A stretch of DNA of 17,437 bases from positions 1-17,437 of the forward strand of contig JAWXCN010000038.1 of NCBI GenBank assembly GCA_034408725.1. The letters are read 5' to 3'. Origin of the DNA: Candidatus Hydrogenedentota bacterium. GTDB lineage: Bacteria > Hydrogenedentota > Hydrogenedentia > Hydrogenedentales > SLHB01. Shown here one piece after another: positions 7,883 through 16,250 of the stretch (position 1 is the stretch's first letter; each line of letters opens with the position of its first letter). Below the pieces are notes generated by a model. The model searched no databases, had not been told where the DNA came from, and worked only from the letters and a program-made list of their open reading frames with translations. The position numbers and the translations under genes were made by a program.

Positions 7883-8178
7883 GTTTGTAATTTCCTCCGC
7901 TGTTAGTAATTCCGCCGATTATGAAAGTTGATTCATTCAAGCGAATGTACTTAATAGTAACAACTGGGGGTATGCAGTTGCCAACTATTTTTTCGCACGC
8001 CGGACCTAACGCGGTGCCCGCAGGTTTTCCCATACCGCGACTCCCGTCTGAATCCCGCCCGGCATGGAAGCCGGGCGCTACTCGCGATGGTGCGGCAATG
8101 GCGTTGCGAATGCCGGTTGCCGTATAGTGAATTCAGGCTGATTCACGGGCAAACCCCAAGGGTAAGGAGCACTGTGTC

Positions 8179-9450
8179 ATGCAGGCGATTTCACGACGCG
8201 CGTTCATTCAGGCGACGGGAGCGGCTACCGCTGCACATACATTTTTGTTGGGCGCGCATGCGGCTGCCGGGGACCGGGTGCGCCATGCCGTTATCGGTAC
8301 GGGCGGGCAGGGCGGTTCGCACGCCAAGGTGTTCTCCTCGATGGAAGACTGCGATGTCGTGGCCATATGCGATGTCGAGGCGGGCCGGCGCGAACAGATT
8401 GCGGGCGCGTTGCCCAATAGCGATCAGGTGAAGCAGTACGAAGATTTCCGCGATTTGCTCAATGACCGGGAGATAGACAGCGTCAGTATTGCAACACCCG
8501 ATCATTGGCACACGCCGGTGGCGCTGGCCGCGCTTAAAGCCGGCAAACATGTCTACGTCGAAAAACCGTGCTGTCATAACATGCGCGAAGGCGTGTTGCT
8601 CGTCGAAGCGCAGAAAAAGACCGGCCTGTGCGTGCAACACGGCACGCAGTACCGCAGCACCGCTTCCACCCAGGAAGCGGTGAAACTCTTGCGCGATGGC
8701 GTTATCGGCAAGGTGCGCGCCGCGAAAGCCATCAACCATCAGTTTCGGCCATCAATCGGCCGGACACCGGATAGCGATCCGCCTCCGGGCGTGAACTATG
8801 ACATGTGGCTCGGCCCCGCGCCGGCGCGACCGTTCTCGCAAAACCGGTTTCACTACAACTGGCATTGGCATTGGGACTATGGAACGGGCGACATCGGAAA
8901 TGACGGCGTACACCAGGTTGATGTTGCGCGGTGGGGCCTTGGCGTGGGCCTACCGAATGCCGTGAGCGCGTCGGGCGGGCAGTTGTTCTACGACGATGAT
9001 CATGAAACTCCGGACACGCAGTTGGTCACGTTCGAGTACGACGAGTGCTATCTCATTTTCGAGATGCGATTGTGGACGAACTACCCAATGGACGGCCACG
9101 ACAATGGCGTCATTTATTACGGTGACAACGGCACCGTGGAAGTCGGCCGCAATGGCACGACCGTTACGCCGTTGAAAGGCGAGACGCGGCAATTCGGAAC
9201 GGGACCCGACCTGAACGGAAACGTGCGCAACTTTCTGGATTGCGTCAAGGCGGGCGATCCGTCAAAACTCAATGCTCCAATTTCGGAGGGGGCTTTCTCG
9301 TCTCAACTCTGCCACCTCGGCAACATCGCAACGCGCGTCGGGCGCAGGCTGCAACTCGATGCGGGGAAAATGCAGTGCATCAACGATGACGAAGCAAACA
9401 AACTGTTCACGCGCGAATACCGCAAAGGTTACGAACTGGTGGACGTATAA
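8179..9450 (+). CDS. Tat-exported Gfo/Idh/MocA family oxidoreductase
   Basis: SRRAFI Tat motif, VIGTGGQG, IATPDHWH, KHVYVEKP, YDMWLGPAP, WDYGTGDIGNDGVH. AAGGAG RBS. Confidence 0.95.
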   Translation: MQAISRRAFIQATGAATAAHTFLLGAHAAAGDRVRHAVIGTGGQGGSHAKVFSSMEDCDVVAICDVEAGRREQIAGALPNSDQVKQYEDFRDLLNDREIDSVSIATPDHWHTPVALAALKAGKHVYVEKPCCHNMREGVLLVEAQKKTGLCVQHGTQYRSTASTQEAVKLLRDGVIGKVRAAKAINHQFRPSIGRTPDSDPPPGVNYDMWLGPAPARPFSQNRFHYNWHWHWDYGTGDIGNDGVHQVDVARWGLGVGLPNAVSASGGQLFYDDDHETPDTQLVTFEYDECYLIFEMRLWTNYPMDGHDNGVIYYGDNGTVEVGRNGTTVTPLKGETRQFGTGPDLNGNVRNFLDCVKAGDPSKLNAPISEGAFSSQLCHLGNIATRVGRRLQLDAGKMQCINDDEANKLFTREYRKGYELVDV

Positions 9451-9452
9451 AC

Positions 9453-11477
9453 GTGCGGTTTGTAGTAGTTGCCATCTTATCCCTTTGCGCGGCCTGGGGC
9501 GCGGACGAGCCCGCGCTCGTCGTGTACGTTGCTCCGGATGGCAATGACTCGTGGTCCGGTGTGCTCGATCAACCAAACCCGGATAAAACTGATGGTCCCG
9601 TCGCTACCTTCGAGCGCGCGAGAGACCTGCTGCGCGACATTCGTCCTCGCGCACGATTGAAACCGGGCGCCATTGAGGTGCGCATCGCGGGCGGCACGTA
9701 TGAGCGCGTGGCGCCGTTTACGCTCGACACGCAGGACGGCGGGTCGAAGGAATCACCCGTCATTTACACTGGCATCGGATCGGCTCCGGCGATATTGACC
9801 GGTGGCCGCGCTATTCCTGCCGGTCAACCTGTGGCAACGGGTATGGCGCAGCGTTTGATCTCCGACGAAGCGCGCGCGCATGTACAGCAGATCGATCTCA
9901 AGTCCGCTGGAATTGCCGAGTTCGGCACATTGAAGCGCCTTGGCTTCGGCATGGCCGGGCCAACTGCCGCGCTGGAACTTTTCATTGATGGTAAACCGAT
10001 GACGCTCGCGCGCTGGCCAAATAACGATTGGGCGCGAATCGCGGCCGTGCCTGCTGGAAAAGACGGCGGCAAGTTCACCTACGATGGCGATAGACCAAAA
10101 CTTTGGAAATTCCATGATGACATCTGGGTACACGGGTATTGGACCTGGGATTGGGCGGACTCGTTCGAGAAAGTTCGATCAATCAATTCCGAATCGAAAG
10201 AGATTGCGACCGTACCGCCGCACGGTGTCTACGGCTACAAGGAAGGCGCGCGATACTATGTCCTGAATGTATTCGAGGAGATCGATCAACCCGGCGAATA
10301 CTACGTTGACCGCGGCACGGGCATGTTGTACTTCTGGCCGCCGGACGGCGCAGGGGATTTACGCGTTTCGGTGATCGAGCAGCCGCTCATTGTGATCGAT
10401 GGCGCAAGCCATATCGCGGTACGGGGCGTTACGCTCGAATACACGCGCGGGCAAGGCGCCGTCGTGAATAACGGCGATCATGTTCGATTCGAAGGCTGTA
10501 CGTTCGCGAATCTTGGCACAGGCGCGATTAACTTTTCCGGCGGCACGGACAGTGGCGCGTCGGACTGTGTGATGTACAACCTCGGCGAGGGCGGTGTCTC
10601 GATCTCCGGCGGCGACCGCATGACGCTGACGCCCGCGCGGCTGTACGCGGACAACAACGAGATTCACGACTTTGGCCGGCGCATCCGCACATATGTGCCG
10701 GCGGTGAGTGTGGGCGGCGCCGGCAATTCGGTCACGCACAACCTTATCTACAACGCGCCACACATGGCCATTGGCCTTAGCGGCAACGACCATCTCATCG
10801 AGTACAACGAAGTACACCACGTCTGCATGGAAACGCACGACGCGGGCGCATTCTATATGGGCCGCGACTGGACGCAACGCGGCAACATCGTGCGCTACAA
10901 TTTCATGCACCAGATGGGCCACGGCGACGTGCAGGCAGTTTATCTCGATGATTGGACAAGCGGCGTGCTCGTGTACGGCAACATCTGCCAGGGCGCGCGG
11001 CGGGGCGTGCTCGTGGGCGGGGGCCGCGACAACGTTATCGAGAGCAATTACTTCATTGATTGCGGCACCGGCGTACACATCGATCAGCGCGGGCTCGGTT
11101 GGGCGAAGAACTATTTCAATGGCGAGACGCCGACCCTGTTCGACCGCATGAAGGACGTGAACGGCGATCAGCCCCCGTATACGGATCGGTATCCGGAACT
11201 GAAGACGCTGCTGAACGACGAACCGGCGCTCGCGAAAGGCAACAGGATTACCGGCAATATCAACGCCGGAGAAAACTGGCTGGACCTGAGCGATGGTCTT
11301 ACCGAAGAAACGCAATACCTTGTCATCAAGGACAATTTCACGGAAGGGGTTCCGGGTTTTGTCGATCCATCCAAATTTGATTTCCGGTTGAAACCGGATG
11401 CAGCCGCGTTGAAGCACGGCATCAAGACGTTGCCGTTCGAGAAAATGGGGCGAAACGGACCAAGCGTATTGCGCTGA
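9453..11477 (+). CDS. Secreted right-handed parallel beta-helix protein (GH141-like, probable carbohydrate-active)
   Basis: Signal peptide, YVAPDGNDSWSG, DGPVATFERARD, LARWPN, IDQPGEYY, and PbH1 repeats (IEYNEVHH, DAGAFY, VYLDD). GTG start 2 nt after the upstream stop. Confidence 0.85.
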   Translation: MRFVVVAILSLCAAWGADEPALVVYVAPDGNDSWSGVLDQPNPDKTDGPVATFERARDLLRDIRPRARLKPGAIEVRIAGGTYERVAPFTLDTQDGGSKESPVIYTGIGSAPAILTGGRAIPAGQPVATGMAQRLISDEARAHVQQIDLKSAGIAEFGTLKRLGFGMAGPTAALELFIDGKPMTLARWPNNDWARIAAVPAGKDGGKFTYDGDRPKLWKFHDDIWVHGYWTWDWADSFEKVRSINSESKEIATVPPHGVYGYKEGARYYVLNVFEEIDQPGEYYVDRGTGMLYFWPPDGAGDLRVSVIEQPLIVIDGASHIAVRGVTLEYTRGQGAVVNNGDHVRFEGCTFANLGTGAINFSGGTDSGASDCVMYNLGEGGVSISGGDRMTLTPARLYADNNEIHDFGRRIRTYVPAVSVGGAGNSVTHNLIYNAPHMAIGLSGNDHLIEYNEVHHVCMETHDAGAFYMGRDWTQRGNIVRYNFMHQMGHGDVQAVYLDDWTSGVLVYGNICQGARRGVLVGGGRDNVIESNYFIDCGTGVHIDQRGLGWAKNYFNGETPTLFDRMKDVNGDQPPYTDRYPELKTLLNDEPALAKGNRITGNINAGENWLDLSDGLTEETQYLVIKDNFTEGVPGFVDPSKFDFRLKPDAAALKHGIKTLPFEKMGRNGPSVLR

Positions 11478-11499
11478 AATTCATACGAGGAGCCGGACC

Positions 11500-11976
11500 A
11501 TGGCAAACAGAAACGTATCAGAAGGCCGGAAGGCGATCTACTATATCGGCGGCGCGTTGTCGATTATCGGCGTGTTGACGTTCTTTTCCGTGTTTATTTC
11601 CGCCGCGAGCAATTTTGGTGATTTCTCAAACTTCGCCGAAAGAGGGCGCTCGCAATTTATGCGTGCGATCATTGGGATGGGCGCAATGGCGGCCGGCGGC
11701 GTTTTGATGGGCATCGGCAGAGCAGGGCTTGCAGGCTCGGGCGTTGTGCTGGACCCCGAACGCGGCCGCAAGGATTTGGAGCCGTGGTCGCGCATGTCCG
11801 GCGGAATGCTCAAAGACACGCTCGACGAAGCCGGCATCAATCTTGGCAATGTTGGCACAGCTTCAAAACCCGATTTCGCGGACCGATTGCGCAAGCTGCA
11901 CGCGCTTCACCTCGATGGCATTCTTTCCCAGGAAGAATACGAGCGTGAGAAAGCCGAACTCCTGGATAAGGAGTGA
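11500..11976 (+). CDS. Membrane protein with a C-terminal SHOCT domain
   Basis: Two TM segments and C-terminal RLRKLHALHLDGILSQEEYEREKAELL. GAGGAG RBS. Confidence 0.85.
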   Translation: MANRNVSEGRKAIYYIGGALSIIGVLTFFSVFISAASNFGDFSNFAERGRSQFMRAIIGMGAMAAGGVLMGIGRAGLAGSGVVLDPERGRKDLEPWSRMSGGMLKDTLDEAGINLGNVGTASKPDFADRLRKLHALHLDGILSQEEYEREKAELLDKE

Positions 11977-12010
11977 ATCCAATTCCGTTTACCCAGCCGC
12001 GCGCAATGCG

Positions 12011-12448
12011 CTATTCGCGCCATTCCGCGGTGACGGTGCTCGCGAGTCCGCCGCGGGGATTGCAGGCGATTTCGATGCGCATTTGTTTCGGCTCGACAAC
12101 TTTTACCAGGTCCTCGAGCATCCGGTTCACGAGATGCTCGTACCAGATGCCCACGTTTCGGTAGGACATCAGGTAATACTTCAGCGAGCGTAATTCGATG
12201 CACTTCCTGCTTGGCGTATACGTGATCGTCACGCGCGCAAAATCCGGCAATCCGGAAAACGGACACACGGAAGTAAATTCATCCGTCGTCGTCACGATGT
12301 CAACGCGGCTCGCAACAGGCTTGTCCGCATACTCATAATCAAAGCATTCTAGACACGCGGTGTCGATTGATCCGGGCCCGCTAAATGCTACGGTCCTGTC
12401 ATGCGCTTGAAACTGTTCGCGCGCAGGGTTTTCCGGTATTCCGTCCAT
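12011..12448 (-). CDS. queF: NADPH-dependent 7-cyano-7-deazaguanine (preQ0) reductase, type I
   Basis: EFTSVCPFSGLPDFA (catalytic Cys and Asp), QueF motif ELRSLKYY, RNVGIWYE, NPRGG. GGAG RBS before ATG 12448. Confidence 0.93.
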   Translation of the reverse strand: MDGIPENPAREQFQAHDRTVAFSGPGSIDTACLECFDYEYADKPVASRVDIVTTTDEFTSVCPFSGLPDFARVTITYTPSRKCIELRSLKYYLMSYRNVGIWYEHLVNRMLEDLVKVVEPKQMRIEIACNPRGGLASTVTAEWRE

Positions 12449-12462
12449 TAATACTGCTCCCA

Positions 12463-12572
12463 GGGGACAGTCACGCGGCACGCCCAAGCGGGCCGCGTGG
12501 CTGTCCCCGAACCATGTTCAGTGACGGGGACAGCCACCGATTCCGGTTTGGCCGGAATCGGTGACAGTCCCC
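12463..12572. repeat. Pair of GGGGACAG-type REP-like hairpins
   Basis: Hairpin 1 (12463-12508): 17-bp arms GGGGACAGTCACGCGGC/GCCGCGTGGCTGTCCCC. Hairpin 2 (12526-12572): 21-bp arms GGGGACAGCCACCGATTCCGG/CCGGAATCGGTGACAGTCCCC. All four arms share GGGGACWGYCAC. Confidence 0.8.
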
Positions 12573-12576
12573 TCTG

Positions 12577-12861
12577 CTAACAATTCACGAACTTCACGCT
12601 CTTACGCGGCTCGGCCATCATCGGTTCGACGGCGTCCCGCCAGGTTGCGTAATGAGCGGTTTCCTTGTGCCGCGCGGGGTCCTCGGTCGTGCGATACACT
12701 TCGACGAGGATGAAGCGTGACGGTTCGTCCTGTTGCTGGAGCACATCGAACCGTGCGATACCCGGCTCCCGCGCGCTATTGCGCGCATTCTCGATCGTTA
12801 CGTCACGAAACGCGTCTTCAAAGCCCGGCTTCACGTGAACGTGAACATGCACAATCAACAT
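12577..12861 (-). CDS. ABM-domain protein (LsrG/YgiN-like putative quinol monooxygenase)
   Basis: [11 protein letters not shown]...[11 protein letters not shown]...FILVEVY...[22 protein letters not shown] before ATG 12861. Confidence 0.9.
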   Translation of the reverse strand: MLIVHVHVHVKPGFEDAFRDVTIENARNSAREPGIARFDVLQQQDEPSRFILVEVYRTTEDPARHKETAHYATWRDAVEPMMAEPRKSVKFVNC

Positions 12862-12873
12862 TGACACAACTCC

Positions 12874-13704
12874 CTACTCCGCGCCCATCAATCCAAACCG
12901 CTTCATCAACAACCTGTCGGCCATGCGCGTGGGCAGCACACGTTTCAATGCGGGGTACATGTGCCCTCCATAACCTACGCGCACGACCGTTGGCGCGGCA
13001 TCGCGCGTGGCGGCATCGACAATTTGCTTTGCGACAATTTCGGCGTCCGTACCATGCGACTGCGATGCCCTTGCGCGAGTGGCGATGCCCTTGGCGAAAC
13101 GTTGATACGGCGAGTCCAGTCTCAGATCCAGATGCTCCGAGGCGGTTTCGCCAAACTGCGATTTCACACCGCCCGGCTGCACCATAATCACGTCGATCCC
13201 GAATGGGGCGAGTTCCATGCGCGCTGCTTCGGACACCGAATGGACGGCGGCCTTTGACGCGCAATAGATACCCGCGTACGGCGTCGCCAGAATACCCGAG
13301 ATGCTGCCGATGTTCACGATGCGCCCGCGCTTGTTCACGATCATCGAAGGCGCGACCGCCTGCATCATGGCAATCAGGCCCACGATATTGGTTTCAAACT
13401 GCGCGCGCACCTGTTCCGCGGTGAGATCGATGATCGGCCCCATCTGACCATAACCCGCGTTGTTCACGAGAATGTCGATGCGCCCCGCCTTCGCAATCGC
13501 GCCATCGACGGCGCGCTTCACGGAATCCGGGTCGTTGACGTCCAGCGCCAGCCGTTCAATGTTCGCTCCGGCAATGTCGCCAAGCGTATCCGGTTTCCGC
13601 GCCGTCGCGAACACGGCATGTCCGCGCGCGGCAAACGCCCCGGCCAACGCTCGGCCAATTCCAGTGGAACATCCGGTGATCAGAATGGATTGATTGGTGA
13701 GCAT
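12874..13704 (-). CDS. Classical SDR family oxidoreductase
   Basis: TGCSTGIG, NNAG, NIGS, YCASK, QPG motifs. GAGG RBS before ATG 13704. Confidence 0.95.
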   Translation of the reverse strand: MLTNQSILITGCSTGIGRALAGAFAARGHAVFATARKPDTLGDIAGANIERLALDVNDPDSVKRAVDGAIAKAGRIDILVNNAGYGQMGPIIDLTAEQVRAQFETNIVGLIAMMQAVAPSMIVNKRGRIVNIGSISGILATPYAGIYCASKAAVHSVSEAARMELAPFGIDVIMVQPGGVKSQFGETASEHLDLRLDSPYQRFAKGIATRARASQSHGTDAEIVAKQIVDAATRDAAPTVVRVGYGGHMYPALKRVLPTRMADRLLMKRFGLMGAE

Positions 13705-13757
13705 GTGTGAATCCTCGTGTGAAGCAAGCCCGCAGAATAACACGAGCGCTATTTGAA

Positions 13758-13956
13758 CGCTGCCTTGGACCGCTGCCTTCGACTGCAGCGTGTAAGTGCC
13801 TCTTTCACTTCACCTATCCAGATGATCGCGGATCGCTTGAAACTACAGGCCAGTCCGCAAACCCCAAAGCGGTAGCTACCGCTACCGCAGTCCAAGGCCT
13901 TGGACTGCGGCGTGTAAGCGCCGCTTTCATTTCACCTATCCAGATGATCGCGTATC
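13758..13956. repeat. BIME-like cluster of REP-like palindromes
   Basis: 60-bp direct repeat at 13775-13834 and 13897-13956 (54/60 identical, period 122). An inverted unit (13864-13897) creates a perfect 26-bp palindrome at 13885-13910. A 13-bp tandem duplication sits at 13758-13783. Confidence 0.82.
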
Positions 13957-13962
13957 ATTGCT

Positions 13963-14667
13963 TCAGCCCGCGTCTTCATACCGCACCGGGTCCTCGACGC
14001 CCGCCTCGGCGAATGCGTTTAACCGCTCAATGCAGGTTGGGCACTTGCCGCAGGCCTTCGACCCACCGCGGTAGCAGGACCACGTGTAGACAAAATTTAC
14101 CCCTAGTTCGATGCCGAGCCTCACCGACTCGACTTTTTTCTTGTCGATGAACGGCGCGTGTACGGCGACCGGATCGCGGCGGTTCAACGCAAGGGCGCCG
14201 TTGACGCGCCGCAGAAATTCCGTTGTGCAATCCCAATAGCCGTACTCGTCGAGAGCCTGCGCTCCATAGTACACCTCGTGTATGCCGTGCGATTCCGCGT
14301 AGGCCGCCGCGATCGACAGCAGGATCATGTTGCGATTCGGGACATAGGTCGGCGGTTGATCGAGTTGCGCGCCGGACAACGTGTCTAAGTCCGGCACCGA
14401 TTTGCCGCCTGTAACCAGCGCGGAAGCCCCTTTGACCATGTCGCCCAAAAACGTGACGTCTATATTACGGTAAACCGCCGCATCCACCGCGTCTGCCTGC
14501 CACCGCGCGCATTCGAGTTCCTTCGCATGGCGTTGACCGTAGTCAAAGCTCAACGCATGGAGCGGCGCGCGGCCCAAAACGCGCGCGACATAGTGTAGCA
14601 ACACCGACGAATCCAGCCCGCCGCTGAGAAGCACCACGGCCGCCCCGCCGGTGTGAATAGTTTCCAT
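13963..14667 (-). CDS. queC: 7-cyano-7-deazaguanine synthase
   Basis: LSGGLDS, FDYGQRHAKEL, TYVPNRN, GYWDC, and the TWSCY...CGKCPTC zinc site. ATG 14667 was preferred over the ORF-track start. Confidence 0.96.
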   Translation of the reverse strand: METIHTGGAAVVLLSGGLDSSVLLHYVARVLGRAPLHALSFDYGQRHAKELECARWQADAVDAAVYRNIDVTFLGDMVKGASALVTGGKSVPDLDTLSGAQLDQPPTYVPNRNMILLSIAAAYAESHGIHEVYYGAQALDEYGYWDCTTEFLRRVNGALALNRRDPVAVHAPFIDKKKVESVRLGIELGVNFVYTWSCYRGGSKACGKCPTCIERLNAFAEAGVEDPVRYEDAG

Positions 14668-14757
14668 CCTGTCGAGTCCTCTTCTGCGCGAAACAACCAT
14701 GATACACACTGGGCATTAGTCTACAGTTAACGACAAAGTTCACGTTAAACCGCTACA

Positions 14758-14825
14758 CCACAAGATATTCCGGTTATAGGCACTATTAGATGCGTTTTTC
14801 ACCGCCTAACTACCATATATTGGGG
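14758..14825. promoter_or_regulatory. Tandem NrdR-box-like motifs
   Basis: CCACAAGATATTCCGG (14758-14773) and CTACCATATATTGGGG (14810-14825) resemble the consensus acaCwAtATaTwGtgt. Their starts are 52 bp apart. Confidence 0.5.
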
Positions 14826-14843
14826 CAGATACACTTCATTCCA

Positions 14844-14872
14844 TTGCGATAGGTGTTGCATCGTGCTATACT
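14844..14872 (+). promoter_or_regulatory. Sigma-70 promoter of the PfkB unit
   Basis: TTGCGA-17 bp-TATACT with extended TGn. Confidence 0.65.
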
Positions 14873-14983
14873 CAGAGCGAGTTCGCGCTCATTTGTGTGG
14901 GTAGTTTTTCGCTAAGCCCTTATTTTGCAATAAGATAGGAATGGCTACGGAAGCGCGTGGGGCATGTCACGCGGGGGATATTC

Positions 14984-15937
14984 ATGGCCGTTGATGTGAT
15001 TTGCCTCGGACTGGCGTGCGCCGATGTCATGGTGCGCCCCGTCGAGACATTTCCGGCGCGCGGCAAACTCGAACTGGTTCCCACGCTCGAGATTCACCTC
15101 GGCGGGTTGGCTGGCGTGGCTGCGGCGATCATTGCGAAATTGGGCGGGGCCGTGGCGTTCATGGGAAAGCTTGGCACGGACGGATTCGGAGATTACTGCG
15201 CCGGCGCGTTATCGCGATTCGGGGTCAACACAGATTATCTGATGCGCACGAACGAAGAAGGCACGCCGGCAACGGTGGTGCTCGTGAGCAACGATGGCGA
15301 GCGCACCTTTCTTCATCACGCGGGGTGCAGCCGGTCTTTGCGCGAGCAGGACATTGATACCGGAAAGTTTCGCGGCGCAAAGCACGTGCATTGGGGTGGC
15401 CCCTCGGTGACGCCCGGACTCGACGGTCCGCCGATTGCCCGGATTCTCGAATGTGCAAAAGAAATGGGGCTGACGACGTCGGTCGATACGTGTTACGATG
15501 GCCTGGATGTCTGGTTCCCGCGCATCGAAGCCGCGCTGCCGTATGTCGATGTCGTTATGTCGAGCCTGGAAGAGGCGAGAAAATACACCGGCAAGCGCGA
15601 GCCCGAAGCCATCGCGGATTTCTATCTGGATCGGGGGCCCGATATCGCTGTGATCAAACTCGGCGAAGACGGTATGTTCGTGAAGAGCACGGTCGAGCGC
15701 ATGCGCGTCCCGGCGCATACGGTGGGTGTGATCGATACGACCGGTGCGGGCGATGCGGCCTGCGGCGCGTTTGTATTCGGGTATACGCAGGGATGGGAAC
15801 TCGCGCGGTCCGTCCAGCTTGCGAACGCGGTCGGCGCGTTGACCGTTCAGTCGATGGGCGGCGCCGAGGGCGTTAAATCGCTTGACGAGACATTGGCGTT
15901 TATTGAGCGGGTCCCCGTAGCGGTGGAGGCAACTTGA
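14984..15937 (+). CDS. PfkB/ribokinase family carbohydrate kinase
   Basis: GGLAG, GKLGTDGFG, DGERTF, IKLGEDG, and the IDTTGAGDA signature. GGGGGA RBS before ATG 14984. Confidence 0.95.
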   Translation: MAVDVICLGLACADVMVRPVETFPARGKLELVPTLEIHLGGLAGVAAAIIAKLGGAVAFMGKLGTDGFGDYCAGALSRFGVNTDYLMRTNEEGTPATVVLVSNDGERTFLHHAGCSRSLREQDIDTGKFRGAKHVHWGGPSVTPGLDGPPIARILECAKEMGLTTSVDTCYDGLDVWFPRIEAALPYVDVVMSSLEEARKYTGKREPEAIADFYLDRGPDIAVIKLGEDGMFVKSTVERMRVPAHTVGVIDTTGAGDAACGAFVFGYTQGWELARSVQLANAVGALTVQSMGGAEGVKSLDETLAFIERVPVAVEAT

Positions 15938-15939
15938 AC

Positions 15940-16248
15940 ATGATTGCAACGACCTTGCTCGTAGTGCTTGGCGCATTCGCAGCCGCGCAACAGCCGAGTG
16001 TGCAAGAACAGGAACTCGCGAAACCGGGCCAGACACAGGAAGCGCCCGCGCGCCCGCAAACACCGGCGCCCGCGCCTCCAGCGCAACCCGCGCCACAACA
16101 GACGCAACCTACGCCCGCGCCCGAACAGCCGCCTGCGGCACCGCGAAAACAGTCATTAATCCAACATACACCCAACCCCGAAGAAGCCGAACGCGGCAAA
16201 GCCGGTAAGCCGGTCGCCGCGTTCTGGGTTGTCGTACCCGGAAATTAA
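15940..16248 (+). CDS. Small secreted Pro/Gln-rich hypothetical protein
   Basis: GGAGG RBS, signal peptide MIATTLLVVLGAFAAA, P/Q/A low-complexity body, C-terminal KPVAAFWVVVPGN. Tightly packed between neighbouring genes. Confidence 0.7.
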   Translation: MIATTLLVVLGAFAAAQQPSVQEQELAKPGQTQEAPARPQTPAPAPPAQPAPQQTQPTPAPEQPPAAPRKQSLIQHTPNPEEAERGKAGKPVAAFWVVVPGN

Positions 16249-16250
16249 AA

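Noticed and set aside
8099..8114. Sigma-54 promoter before the Gfo/Idh/MocA gene (TGGCGTTGCGAATGCC)
   Set aside because: It has GG-N10-GC spacing but lacks the CACG and TTGCW context, so it is plausible by chance in GC-rich DNA.
10359..11417. Long antisense or alternative-frame ORFs (e.g. 10359-11417, 15209-16096, 6373-7173, 4727-5533)
   Set aside because: They are shadows of well-supported genes, expected from GC-rich codon bias, and carry no recognisable motifs.
13775..13956. CRISPR array
   Set aside because: Only two 60-bp copies, the intervening sequence contains an inverted copy of the unit, and there are no cas genes. It fits REP/BIME better.
14668..14940. preQ1 riboswitch upstream of queC
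   Set aside because: By eye there is no preQ1-I stem with its loop consensus and A-rich tail on the minus strand. An Rfam scan would be needed to exclude other classes.
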